Below, in pieces: positions 9,476-20,905 of a stretch of 64,000 nucleotides of DNA; positions within the stretch are counted from its first letter, which is position 1, and the number at the start of each line of letters is the position of its first letter. The position numbers were made by a program, and so were the translations under genes. This DNA comes from Opitutales bacterium (GTDB lineage Bacteria; Verrucomicrobiota; Verrucomicrobiia; Opitutales; PNEW01): positions 576,001-640,000 of the forward strand of contig CBDANS010000007.1 of the NCBI GenBank assembly GCA_965197745.1, in the 5' to 3' direction. The notes below the pieces were generated by a model. That model saw nothing but the letters and a program-made list of their open reading frames with translations, had not been told where the DNA came from and searched no databases.

Positions 9476-9898
9476 TTAATTATCGACCGGCTCTCTAAGT
9501 GAAAACCAGGGTTCCTCACTGCTCACATCCACCAGCGCCGGTCCGGTGAATATTGCCGGACTGAGAATGGCAAGAAAGACGAGCGCACTATTGCTCGTAT
9601 TATAGGTGCCGTGGACTTTATTGACGGGTATGTGCGCCATCTCACCGGCGCCCAGGATCCGATGATCACGCTCAACCCACTGCTCCGCCTCGCCTTCTAA
9701 AACGTAAATAATTTCTTCCATCGCGGGATGGCGATGAAACGCATGAGCCTTGCCTGGCGGCATATGAACGCGTACGAGAAGCAATCCTTCTGCTTCAGTC
9801 AACCCTGGCCGACACATCCAATGATGAGGGCCCCAGGGCAATTGCTCGACTTGAATATCGTTATTGGAGACAAATCGAAGCAACTGTTCTTTGCTCAT
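9476..9898 (-). CDS. Cupin domain protein
   Basis: HAFHRHPAMEEIIYVLEG ... GEMAHIPVNKVHGTYN cupin motifs. Confidence 0.85.
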   Translation of the reverse strand: MSKEQLLRFVSNNDIQVEQLPWGPHHWMCRPGLTEAEGLLLVRVHMPPGKAHAFHRHPAMEEIIYVLEGEAEQWVERDHRILGAGEMAHIPVNKVHGTYNTSNSALVFLAILSPAIFTGPALVDVSSEEPWFSLREPVDN

Positions 9899-9991
9899 AG
9901 CGGCAGCATATCCCCCTCGACCTTGCAATTGATCGAAGCCGTCCCATCAAGACAGGCGATGGTCTATGCCCTATTCTGAAGAATCTATAAT

Positions 9992-10189
9992 CTACTCAGA
10001 TGCTGAAAAATCTCTATCTTTTACGGTTTTACGGCGGTCTTTGCGTGCATTCTCGATAGCCTGATCGCAGAGGCCTTTCACGATATCAGATAGCGCTGAT
10101 GCCGCGCTTGCGGATGTATTCATTGACGCTTTTTCGCGAACATATTTTTTAAGCTTCGATATGACTACCAATATATCAGAATTACTCAT
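9992..10189 (-). CDS. Bacterial histone-fold protein (Bd0055/HBb-like singlet)
   Basis: 65 aa, basic. LVVISKLKKYV..KASMNTS, a long central helix, then ARKDRRKTVKDRDF (RxTxxxxD motif). RBS GGAGA 6 nt upstream. Confidence 0.85.
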   Translation of the reverse strand: MSNSDILVVISKLKKYVREKASMNTSASAASALSDIVKGLCDQAIENARKDRRKTVKDRDFSASE

Positions 10190-10756
10190 GTTTTATCTCC
10201 AATTTTTATTTATTTTATGGATGATTAGGGTTAACTTAATCGTTAATATTATGGCAATAGTATTTTATTGCTCTCTAATTCAATCCCTAGGGGTTTCTCT
10301 GCTTTCAGTCAACCTTTGAGCAAAAATAATTATTCACCTCACTTTTATTCATTTTTGTGAATTTCTCACTTGGTTTAGAATTTATAGATCACCACGTATG
10401 CCCAATGTTCATCGTGAAGGTTACTTATTTTTTGATTCGATGCTGGTTCATGAATGGTATTATTAATAATATTTTTCCTCAAGTTTCTCCCCATGATCTT
10501 TACTGAAGAATATTCCGTTCATATTTTATTGATTCAGAAATATCAATAAATAGTGTCTTTGCTTTATATAAAATTGGGTCATTTACCCAGGGGAAAGGTG
10601 TTTTAAAAGCTTTATTGCTTGATATTAGCGAAAAATCTCTGATAAATTATTATCGTTACGTCCCGAAAGCTAGATTACTATCCCAATCGGCTGTTTAAAG
10701 TACCTGAAGATTTCACGTTTAAAAGAGGTGAAAACAGTCCCATTTTCTGGCTATAA

Positions 10757-13700
10757 ATGAGATTAGATAAAAGATATTTTAAGTTTCTTATACGTGCATT
10801 AACTTTGTTTGCACTATGCTGCTGTTTATCGCCAAAACTTCGGGCGCAAGTATTTGACTGGAACCTCAATGGCAATGGCAACTGGAGTGTGGCCGGCAAC
10901 TGGACACCGGGTGGAGGTCCCCCCAACGCCATCGGTGACACCGCCAACTTTGGAACCGTTAGTACCGGCAACAACCGTAATGTCACGGTAGACATTAATG
11001 TCGTGGTCGGGCAGATGGATTTCTTTCACGACACGAATAACAAAGAATACAATATCATTGGCACCAACACCATCACCTTTGATGTGAGCAGCGGCAATGC
11101 CTCGCTCACTGTGGACATGCAGGACAAGAGCAGAATATTAGCCCCTATAGCCCTCAATGACGACCTCGATTATTTTAACGCCAACACACAGAACTTCCGT
11201 ATCCAGGGAAACATCTCGGGTACGGGGGGAATCACCCACCAGGGAGGACAACTGACTTTTGAAAACGGAGGCACCAATACCTACAGCGGAGACACCGTTG
11301 TCGAAGACGGGACCCTGTCTTTAGATAGAAGCAGTGTCAATGGAGCGATTGACTCAGATCTTACTATAGGTGACGGAGTGGGAGCAGCGGGCAGTGCCAT
11401 TGTCGAATACGCCAATCGCAATGATCAGATCTCTGACACCAGCGCGGTCACGATACTGTCGGATGGACTGCTCGATCTCACCAATGAGGACGAAACGATC
11501 GGGTCGCTCTCCAGTTCGAGCACGGCTGCAGAAGTGCAGTTGGGGACTTCACCACAAGGAACGCTTACCGTGGGCGATGCTACGAATGCGACATTTGACG
11601 GTGTCATTTCGGAGAGTGGCGATATTGTCAAGCAGGGCGACGGGACCTGGACTTTAACCAATAATAACACCTATGACGGGACCACGACGATCAACAATGG
11701 TGTCCTCGAAATCGAAGACGCCAGTGCCCTCGGCGATACCACCAGCGACACAACGGTCAACAGTGGTGGCACCTTAGCCCTCGATACGGGAATCACGGTT
11801 ACAGGAGAAGGCCTCACTTTAAACGGCACCGGAGAGGCTGGCACTGCGGGAGCCTTACAGAACATTTCCGGCACCAACGAATGGCAGGGAGCCGTCGACT
11901 TGGGATCGACTGCCACTATCATTTCACTAGCTGGCAGCATAGATATCAGTGGTGACATTGACAATCAGACATTTGATATTACTGTAGACGGCGCTGGAAA
12001 CACGACTTTCAGTGGTGTTGTATCCGATTCGGGTGATCTGATCAAAGACGGTGCGGGCACGCTCACCATATCAGGCATCAATACCTACACCGGTTCCACT
12101 ACAATTAATAATGGTACTGTAAGTATCAGCGCAGACAGTGGTTTAGGGACAGCGCCAGGAGCGGCAACTCCCGGCCATCTCACCTTTGACGGAGGTACCC
12201 TAAATACAAGTGCCACCTTCTCTCTGGACAGTAATCGGGGAATCACCTTAAATGCAGGAAACGGCACGATCGATACGGATTTTGGAGCGACGTTGACCTA
12301 TGGGGGAATCATTGCCGGGACCGGAGATTTAACTAAGGACGGAACGGGCACGCTCACGCTTTCAGGGGTCAACACTTACACCGGATCGACGACCATCGAT
12401 GGGGGCACCTTAAGCATCAGCGCCGACAGTGGTTTAGGGACAGCCCCCGGAGCGGCCACCCCCGGCCACCTTACCTTTGACGGAGGCACGCTTAATACCA
12501 CTGCTACCTTCACTTTAGACAGCAACCGTGGAATCGCCTTAAACGCGGGCGGCGGAACAATTGAAACCGATGCTGCCACGACGTTGACCTACGGGGGAAT
12601 GATGGCCGGCACGGGAAGCTTCGATAAGACCGGTACGGGGACCCTGTCCTGGATGGCGTCAATACTTACACCGGCACGACCACGGTGCAGGCGGGGACCC
12701 TCGAGGTCACCGATCCGAGCGCCCTGGGCGGCACCGGCAGTGGGACCGTGGTCCAGTCCGGAGCGACGCTGGAGGTATCTACCATAGCCGCGAACATGTC
12801 AGCGGAGCCATTGACCATCAATGGCACCGGAGTGGGCGGCGTAGGCGCGCTGTATTGGACCGATGTAGGATTTGATGAATGGACCGGAGACATCAACCCT
12901 CGGCTCCAATGCCACGATCACTAATGCTGCGGGAGGGATCATGCCCATCAGTGGGAATATTGATCTGAACGGAAGCACGCTGACCGTTGATACCGGTGAT
13001 TTAGCCGGGATGGTTTCAGGTTCAGTGATCAGTGGAACAGGTAATTTTGTAAAAGATGGCACGAGCACCTGGTTTGTCCAGGGAGGGACTAATACCTACA
13101 CCGGATCAACGACCATTAACGACGGGACCATGAATCTGAACGTAGCCGGTGGATCCTCTGTTCCCGGAGCCCTGGTCATTGGTGACGGCGTGGGGGCAAC
13201 CGGATCAGCCATTGCCTTTGTCGGCAGCAGCGAACAGATCGCTGACACCTTGGCAGCGACCATCGATTCTGACGGACGCCTCGACGTAAACAGTTTCAGT
13301 GAAACGATCGGTTCCTTAAGCAGCGGCAGTGCCACGGCCCAGGTCTTCCTCGATGCGGGGACCCTGACCGTAGGAGATGCCACGAGCACCACTTTTGCGG
13401 GCGTAATCTCGGAGACCGGAGACCTTGTGAAAGAGGGCACGGGCACCTTGACCTTAACCGGCACGAACAGTTTCAGCGGAGACACCACGGTCAATGCGGG
13501 AACCCTGGAACTGAACAACGGAGCGGGCAATGCCCTCGACGGCACGGCAACAGTGATCATCACCGGGGGCAGTTTGCTCTTAAGTGGTGATGACCAGGTC
13601 GTGGACACCGCGAACATGGAATTGGATGGAGGGATCTTTGACAGCGACGGTTTCGATGAAGTGTTGGGAACGCTTACCCTGTCCTCGGACTCGTCAATCG

Positions 13701-14059
13701 ATTTAGGCACCGGAACAAGCATTATAGACTTTGACGACAGCAGCGGGTTGGAACTGGCGTGGACGGACTCGGGACAGATACTGTCAATACTGGACTACAC
13801 CGGTGACACCAACGGGGGAGGCATCGACCAGATTATATTTGGATCGGCGGGGTTGACCGACTCGCAGTTAGCGCAGATAAGGTTCGTCAATCCGTGGGGA
13901 ACGAGTAAGACCTTTCACGCGCGTTTTCAAGGGGACGAGATCGTTCCTGTCCCCGAAACCTCGACTTACCTCTACGGTGGCTTGATCCTAACCCTCATCG
14001 GTTGGCGTGAACGCCACCGCTTGTCTGGTTGGATAAAAAAAATTCAGACTCGAAGGTAG
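10757..14059 (+). pseudogene. Autotransporter-associated beta-strand (passenger) repeat surface protein with C-terminal PEP-CTERM-like sorting signal; broken by two compensating 1-bp indels
   Basis: Signal peptide, many L.K.G.GTLTLSG.NTYTG.TTI..GTL repeats, and [26 protein letters not shown]. Frame slips near 12647 (-1) and 12895 (+1). About 1100 aa if repaired. Confidence 0.85.
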
Positions 14060-14066
14060 ATTACGT

Positions 14067-15098
14067 TTAATCTTTCCACTTAAATATTACACCGAGCATT
14101 GATTTTTCTCTATTGAAGGCCATTTCATAGGCCTTTTTCATCTCAGTATATTGAAATTGATGGGTGATAAGACGCTTGGGTTCAAGAAGGCCATCGGCCA
14201 TTAAGGATAGCATATGAGCGCAGGCTCGATCTGCCGAAAAGCGTTCAACATCGAGTTCACGATGACCACTTTCATCAGGATATAAATAGCCAGCAGGACC
14301 AGAAACTGCGATGAGAGATATACCTTTAAAATAAAAGAGTTCTGTAGGTAACGGATTGTCTTCGAGAGGTGGTTCACCGCGACCGAGGAGACTGACATTT
14401 GAAATGCGACCATTGGGACGAACAATTTCTAAAGCCGTTCGCAATGCAGGCCAGGGATTAGCCGCGAGTATTACGAGATCGATCCCTTCTCCATTTGTAA
14501 AAGTGTCTAATTCTTGTTTCAAATTCGGATCATCTGACAAATAAGTTGCATGAGCCCCCATGCGATCAGCCATTTCCAGTCGAGCTGGGCTGTTGCCTAA
14601 CCCCACAACCCGTCCTCCAAAGAGTGGACCCAGGGCAATTGCTCCCAGGCCGAGGACCCCTAACCCGATGACGGCTACATTTTCCCCGGCGCGAAACTGC
14701 GCCTTGTGATAACAATGAGCACTGAGTCCGTAGAGATGAGCATAGACTGCGTCCTCGGAATGAACGTTATGAGGGACCTTGACGATGCTTGCTGACAGGT
14801 TGGTTATGTACTCGGATTGATGATGTTGCCGGGTTACCACGCGATCGCCGATTTTAAAGCGGGTAACATTACTTCCAATGCCTCTTACAATTCCCAAATT
14901 ACTATCCCCCACTGAACGGGGATACATGGGGACTCCGGGAGTATATTCAGCACCTTCGTAATTACCTCGATCAGTCCCAATCTTAAAAGCGCTTATTTCT
15001 GTTTCAATCCAGAGTTCGTCCGGTTTAAGATTACTGGTATCAAGATCCTCTTCAACCAATTGCAGGTCCCGAGGACCATAAAGCATAGCGATTTTCAT
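14067..15098 (-). CDS. Medium-chain (zinc-binding type) alcohol dehydrogenase
   Basis: GENVAVIGLGVLG Rossmann motif, GIDLVILAA, LITHQF. Confidence 0.85.
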   Translation of the reverse strand: MKIAMLYGPRDLQLVEEDLDTSNLKPDELWIETEISAFKIGTDRGNYEGAEYTPGVPMYPRSVGDSNLGIVRGIGSNVTRFKIGDRVVTRQHHQSEYITNLSASIVKVPHNVHSEDAVYAHLYGLSAHCYHKAQFRAGENVAVIGLGVLGLGAIALGPLFGGRVVGLGNSPARLEMADRMGAHATYLSDDPNLKQELDTFTNGEGIDLVILAANPWPALRTALEIVRPNGRISNVSLLGRGEPPLEDNPLPTELFYFKGISLIAVSGPAGYLYPDESGHRELDVERFSADRACAHMLSLMADGLLEPKRLITHQFQYTEMKKAYEMAFNREKSMLGVIFKWKD

Positions 15099-15127
15099 AG
15101 AATTATATTAGCGATTAAACAGTACCG

Positions 15128-17713
15128 CTATTTCTTATCTTTGGCACGAATTGTTTTTGTTCTTTTCTTCAAATCTTTCACTGCCTGCCTGTTACCCATA
15201 GCTTTGTGAAGGTTTATCATTAAGTCCAAGACATTTAATAATTTAAGGCTTTCATTGCCGAAATGTTTTTCCTTGATATCCAGAGAACGTTTGAGCAGAC
15301 GTTCAGTATTGGCATAATCTTCCATGGTGTAATACAATTCCGCAATTTTATATAATGATTCCGCGGTTTTAGGGTGGTCAGATCCGAGGGCTTTTTCATT
15401 TAAGGCCAGCGCCCGATTATGCATTTTTTCTGCTTCGTCATATCTTTTCATAGAACTATAGAGTCCCGCTAGATCATGCAGAATTAACGCCACCTGAGGG
15501 TGCTCGGGTCCAAGAGCATTTTCTTCAATGTCCAGCGCTCGTTTATACAGGCGTTCAGCTTTTTTATAATTACTCTGAATTTTATATAAATCAGCCAGAT
15601 TGTGGAGTGATGACGCGACCTGGACATGGTCAGGACCCAAGGCTTTTTCTAAAATCGAAAGTGAACGCAGAAATAGAGGTTCGGCTTCTATATAATTACC
15701 CTCGGATGATAAATGTTCGCCTAAATCATTAAGTGATTTAGCGACAAATGGAAATTTAGTGCTTTGTGATTTTTCTTCCAGCATGAGGGTCTTGTTATAA
15801 GCAGCCTCTGCCTCAGCATATCTACCCTGATTGGAATAGATAATTGCCAGTTTATTTACAATGAAAGTAACTTCTGCGCTTTCAGGCCCAATCGATTTTT
15901 CGAAAATTGCCAGCGCTCGATTAAACAAGGATTCAGCTTCATCATATTTCCGTTGGCTTTTATAAAGATCGGCCAATTCATTTAAGGTTTTCCCTATTTC
16001 GGGATGGTCAGGACCTAAAGATTTTTCTTCTATCAAGAGAGCACGATTGAAAAGGGGCTCTGCCTGGCTGAATTTATTCTGATCTTTATAAAGACTTGCC
16101 AATCGTTCTAATGTTCTCCCTACTTCAGAATGTTGAGAATCGTAAGCATTTTCAATTATCGTTAAGGCACGATTTAATAACGGTTCAGCCTCGGAATACC
16201 TTTCCTGTAATACGTAAAATTCGGCCAGTTTGATCAGCGATTCACCTACTTCAGGATCATACCGTTTATGGATTTTTTCTCTAAAGTCGAGGGCCTGTTT
16301 ATAAAGGTTTTCGGCAATTTCATAGTCACCTTTGGCATTATTCAACGCCGCTAAGTCACTTAAGGATTGCGCCACTAGTGGGTGATTGGGCCCATAGGTT
16401 TTTTCTCTTATATTCTGTACTCGTTTAAGGAGTTGCTCAGCTTCTCCATATTTCTCCTGGAAAGAATAAAGAGCGGCTAATTTATCAAGGGGTATAGTGA
16501 TCTGAGGATGATTAGATCCCAGAGCATTCTCTAATATACCCAGTGAACGTTGATAAAGGAGCTCAGAGGAGGAATACTTTGCTTGATTAAAATAAACTTC
16601 AGCCAATTCATTCACATAAATAACGCAGTCGGGATGGTCCGGCCCGAAAGTATTTTCGGCAATGGACAAACCTCGTTTTAAAAGGGGCTCAGCTTGATCA
16701 AATTTGCCTTCAATAGAATAAAGTTCAGCTAAATTTTTTAGAAAAGCTGCAACCGATGGATGTTCCTGACCAAGCTTCGTCTCCAGTAAAATAAGTGCTC
16801 GCTTATAATACTGTTCAGCCTCGCTATAACGGCCTTGAATTTTATAAAGATCTGCCATGTTATTTAAGGAAGCTCCTACATCGGGATGGTTGGTGCCCAG
16901 CGTTTTCTCTCTAATTTCCAAAGCCCGTATATGGAGATGCTCTGCTTCAGTATACTCTCCCTGGGCTTTGTAGAGTTCGGCTATGTTATTGAAAGATTGT
17001 CCGACATCCGGATGCATCGATCCCAATGCTTTTTCTCTAATCGCCAATGCCCGTGTGAAATACGGTTCCGCTTCCGTATACTTTCCCTGGTAAAATAAAA
17101 TACCAGCAAGATTATTATAGGAGTTTGCCAACTTCAGGTGGTCGGGTCCAAGCGCCATTTCTTCTATAATCAGAGCGCGTTTGAAAAGCGGTTCTGCCTC
17201 GGTGTATTTACCTTGATCTTTATATAATTCTGCCAGGTTGTAGATTGATTGTCCGATATCGGGGTGTTTGGGGTCATGCGCTTTTTCCCTGATCGCCAGG
17301 GCGCGTATGAGGAGGGGTTCCGCTTTAGCATAGTTTCTTTGCATCCTGTAAAGTTCTCCTAAATTGTTCATCGATTGGGCCACAAAAGGATGATCGGGCC
17401 CGAGAATCTTTTCTCTCAAGCGCAGTGCTTGTTTATGATAATTCTCTGCTTCGTCATATCTACCGATAGAAAAATAAAATACACCCAGATTATTCAGCGC
17501 TGTAGCCACTCTGGGGTGTTCCGGCCCGAATGTTTCTTTAGCAACTTTTAGAACTTCCTTGGTTACTTTTATCGCTTCGGTATGCTTCCCCTGCTGATAT
17601 AGGGACACCGCCTGGGTATTTAGCTGTTCCCACAATGATTCCTGGGCATGGGAAGACACTGAAAACAATAAAAGGAGAACTGTAAATATTCCCTTAAATT
17701 CTCGCGCCTTCAT
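15128..17713 (-). CDS. Secreted 42-aa TPR repeat protein (kinesin-light-chain-type TPR)
   Basis: Signal peptide then about 19 repeats of LGP.HP.VA.SLNNLA.LY..QG.Y.EAEPL..RAL.I.EK. Confidence 0.9.
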   Translation of the reverse strand: MKAREFKGIFTVLLLLFSVSSHAQESLWEQLNTQAVSLYQQGKHTEAIKVTKEVLKVAKETFGPEHPRVATALNNLGVFYFSIGRYDEAENYHKQALRLREKILGPDHPFVAQSMNNLGELYRMQRNYAKAEPLLIRALAIREKAHDPKHPDIGQSIYNLAELYKDQGKYTEAEPLFKRALIIEEMALGPDHLKLANSYNNLAGILFYQGKYTEAEPYFTRALAIREKALGSMHPDVGQSFNNIAELYKAQGEYTEAEHLHIRALEIREKTLGTNHPDVGASLNNMADLYKIQGRYSEAEQYYKRALILLETKLGQEHPSVAAFLKNLAELYSIEGKFDQAEPLLKRGLSIAENTFGPDHPDCVIYVNELAEVYFNQAKYSSSELLYQRSLGILENALGSNHPQITIPLDKLAALYSFQEKYGEAEQLLKRVQNIREKTYGPNHPLVAQSLSDLAALNNAKGDYEIAENLYKQALDFREKIHKRYDPEVGESLIKLAEFYVLQERYSEAEPLLNRALTIIENAYDSQHSEVGRTLERLASLYKDQNKFSQAEPLFNRALLIEEKSLGPDHPEIGKTLNELADLYKSQRKYDEAESLFNRALAIFEKSIGPESAEVTFIVNKLAIIYSNQGRYAEAEAAYNKTLMLEEKSQSTKFPFVAKSLNDLGEHLSSEGNYIEAEPLFLRSLSILEKALGPDHVQVASSLHNLADLYKIQSNYKKAERLYKRALDIEENALGPEHPQVALILHDLAGLYSSMKRYDEAEKMHNRALALNEKALGSDHPKTAESLYKIAELYYTMEDYANTERLLKRSLDIKEKHFGNESLKLLNVLDLMINLHKAMGNRQAVKDLKKRTKTIRAKDKK

Positions 17714-17931
17714 TGATTTCTATATACTTTATAGGCGGATTAAGAGGAGAGAAAATAAAAAAAGTCTGCATAAAATTAAATTTCAGTCAGTCAAGTAGTT
17801 TACTTTAAAGATCACAAGTAAAATGCCGGCTCAACCTATGGAGAACTTCAGGATACGGGTCTCAAGAGGAAGGTTATTGCTTAAAATTATTCGAGTATAA
17901 TCACTCCAATCAATTACAAAAAATGGATTCT

Positions 17932-19212
17932 TCAGATCTTTAGGGCTTCGATTTTACTTCGAATTAATACTTTCTCAGTCTCGGTTTGCGAAAGCGATAA
18001 TGCTTCTTCCAAGTAAGAATGGGCCTGTTTGATATCAGCCACTTGAGAGTAAAATTCTCCTAAAGTTGCCGGTAGCAAAAAATAGTTTTTAAGCGTTCCC
18101 TCTCTTTCTATTTCCTTTAATGATTTAATAGCTTCATGCGGTCCTTGAATATGACCTAGAGCGATGGCACGATTTAATTGAATGACTGGTGTCTGGTAGT
18201 GTCTGAGAAGTGTGTCGTATAATCTTAAAATGCTTTTCCAATCGGTTTCTTCAAAACTGGGTGCAGCGCAATGATACCCGGCGATACTTGCTTCAAGATA
18301 ATATCTTGAAAAAGTTTTACTTTGTGTCGCCGATTTAAAGTGGGCAAAACCTTTAGCTAGAAGCCGTTTATCCCACAGTGAACGATTTTGATCTTTCAAT
18401 AGATTTATGGTGCCTCGATCGGTAAGTCGTGCGGGTAACCTACATGATTGAAAATAAAAGAGAGCGAGAAGAGCATGGAGCGTGGGTTCCTGATCGCCGG
18501 TGTGACCGATCAATATTTCTCCCAGGCGAATTGATTCAGCACAAAATTCTACGCGTATATATTTATTTGCATCAGAGCTCTTATATCCTTCATTAAACAA
18601 TAGATAAATAACGCTGAATAGTGCGTGAAGGCGTTTATAAAGTTCTTCTCCACGGGGTGCTTCAAACGGAATGATACCTGTTCTAAATTTGTCCTTGGCA
18701 CGGTATAACCGCTTATTAATTGTTGATTTCGCGTTTTAAAAGGCAGCAGCAATTTCGTTTACGCTTAATCCACATAGAACATTTAAAGTAAGTGCTAATT
18801 GAGCTTCAATCGATAAAGAAGGATGGCAGCAGGTAAACATCATGCGAAGCAAATCGTCTTCAACCTCGTGCTCTGCAAATGCTCGCTCTACGGTGGTATT
18901 CAGGCTCCATTCCGAACTTAAAAAACGTTGAAGTTCAGGTGAAAACCTCTGCGAGTATTTTTCTTTACGAATATAATCAATAGCCTTCCGTTTAGCCACT
19001 TGCATTAACCAGGCTTCGGGGTTGTCAGGTATTGTATGGTAGGGCCAAACCTGAAGCGCTTTTAGTAGAGTTTCCTGTACAATATCTTCAGCAACATCTA
19101 AGTTATGTGTTCCTAAAATATGGACTAAAACGGAAACCATCTTTCCAGACTGATGCCTGAAAAGATGGTTCACTAATTCGTAAGTCAATTGTTGGGATGA
19201 AACTTCAGTCAA
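17932..19212 (-). pseudogene. ECF sigma factor with C-terminal extension (YciI-associated, DUF6596-like); in-frame TAA at 18736-18738
   Basis: AEDIVQETLLKAL..WP...PDNPEAWL, DDLLRMMFTCCHPSL, EIAAAF*NAKSTINKRLYRAK, IYLLFNEGY. Both ORF pieces are in the same frame (426 codons in total). Confidence 0.85.
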
Positions 19213-19216
19213 AACA

Positions 19217-19561
19217 TTACATGTTCATTTCCTGGACAGGTCGAATTTCGACCGCCCCGTCATTATCGAAAATAGGGCATCCCTTGGCAAGTTCTGCAGC
19301 TTCATCGAAGCTATTTGCCTTGATTAAGAGATAACCGCCCACCAGTTCTTTTGCTTCAGAATAGGGACCATCGGTAACTACCTTATCGGCACGGATTGAT
19401 TTTGCGTCATTTTCGAGAGGTTCACCTGAGAGAAAGTGTCCTTTTTCTTTCAGTTCTTGCATCCAGGTTCCCCATTTTTGCATATGTTGCTGAATCTCTT
19501 CTGGCGACAGTTGCTCCCATTTCTCGTCTCCTCCATAAATCAGATACATGTAGTCCTTCAT
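19217..19561 (-). CDS. YciI/DGPF family protein
   Basis: VTDGPYSEAKELVGGYLLI.A.S.DEA.ELA..CP....VEIRP. Confidence 0.9.
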   Translation of the reverse strand: MKDYMYLIYGGDEKWEQLSPEEIQQHMQKWGTWMQELKEKGHFLSGEPLENDAKSIRADKVVTDGPYSEAKELVGGYLLIKANSFDEAAELAKGCPIFDNDGAVEIRPVQEMNM

Positions 19562-19669
19562 TGTTGTTCTCCTTTAAGAATTTTATTCAGTAATGATTTA
19601 GATACTTAGATAATGTATTTATTGATAAATCGAAATATCTGAACCTTATATGTGATTGTTCATATATAT

Positions 19670-19696
19670 GACGCATAGGAAGCTGTAAATAGGACA
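19670..19696 (-). promoter_or_regulatory. Putative ECF-type promoter TGTCCTA-N16-CGTC upstream of yciI-ECF operon
   Basis: Minus strand reads TGTCCTA TTTACAGCTTCCTATG CGTC, about 110 bp upstream of the yciI start. Confidence 0.5.
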
Positions 19697-19945
19697 CGTC
19701 ATTACTAATTTTATAATATGCTAAGTGATAGACATCGATTGACTCCCGTGTAATGTGTCCCGTTTCGTTTATTTGTCAGGATATATGCGTAAAATTAGTT
19801 ACGCACCTATTTTAAATTCGAGATAAATATAATTGAGGTTAATTCACAATATCTGGATTGGTAGATGTCGGACTAAAGCCCTCGATTGCTGTAGCGCGCT
19901 GATCTTCGCATTGACCAACAATCAATTTAACTTCAGGTCCGATTA

Positions 19946-20776
19946 TTATTCAATTCCGTAGAATTTTGCCGCGTTGAGACCAAGAATGGCCTCTTGTATC
20001 TCGATTGGGTATTGCTGGATATAATCCTGCACAATAAATAATACTTCATCGTAAGTGGCAGAGAGCGTAGAAACTGGCCAGTCAGATCCAAACATCAGTC
20101 GGTCCGGTCTGAAACATTCAAAAATGATATCCAGATAGGGCTTAAAATCTGCTGTTCTCCATTGTTTCCAGGAAGCTTCCGTCACCATTCCCGAAACTTT
20201 GCAATAAACGTTTTCAATTTTTGCAAGTTCCCTGATCGCTTTGTCCCATGGTGACATCGTTCCATCTTTAATCAGTGGTTTTGAAATATGATCCAGGACA
20301 AATTTCTGGTTTGGAAGTTGCTTAACAACCTCGATAGCCATGGGTAGATGTTTAGGGTAGAGAAGAAGATCGTAAGTTAATTCGTAAGAACCGAGCGCAC
20401 TGAGCCCTCTTAAAAAATCAGGATCTAAGATAAAACGGTCGTCAGGTTCATCATGAATCACATGGCGGATCCCTTTTAATTTCGAGTGTTGGGAAAAGGA
20501 TTCAAGATGTTCCTCAACCCGAGGTGACTTTAAATCAAACCAACCGACTACGCCTTTGATAAAATCAAAGGTATCGGAAAGCTCCAGTAACCATTCTGTC
20601 TCCGTCAGATTTTGACGTGCCTGGACCGCGATCGTTCCCTCAATCCCGGTTCGATCCATGAGGATTTTCAATTCGTGGGGGAGATAATCCCTTTTAAGAT
20701 CAGACATGGAGTCGTTCATCCACCCATACTCTTTTGGATTGTATAGCCAAAAATGTTGATGAGAATCGAGATGCAT
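19946..20776 (-). CDS. Amidohydrolase_2 family (L-fucono-lactonase-like)
   Basis: LDSHQHFW, FIKGVVGW, LKGIRH, FVLDHISKP, VYCKVSG, RLMFGSDWPV. Confidence 0.9.
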   Translation of the reverse strand: MHLDSHQHFWLYNPKEYGWMNDSMSDLKRDYLPHELKILMDRTGIEGTIAVQARQNLTETEWLLELSDTFDFIKGVVGWFDLKSPRVEEHLESFSQHSKLKGIRHVIHDEPDDRFILDPDFLRGLSALGSYELTYDLLLYPKHLPMAIEVVKQLPNQKFVLDHISKPLIKDGTMSPWDKAIRELAKIENVYCKVSGMVTEASWKQWRTADFKPYLDIIFECFRPDRLMFGSDWPVSTLSATYDEVLFIVQDYIQQYPIEIQEAILGLNAAKFYGIE

Positions 20777-20905
20777 TAAGGTCCTGTCTAATTTATTGTT
20801 GGATATTTTCAAGCTTCAACCCTCGTCCCGAAATTATCGTTGAACGCAGGACCAAGGAGCAAGTCACTCCGCACCCGATTCTCGATACGACACTGCGGGA
20901 GGGGG

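Noticed and set aside
10190..10756. ncRNA or riboswitch in the long AT-rich region between the histone gene and the surface protein
   Set aside because: No recognisable conserved structure by eye; consistent with divergent promoters. An Rfam scan would be needed.
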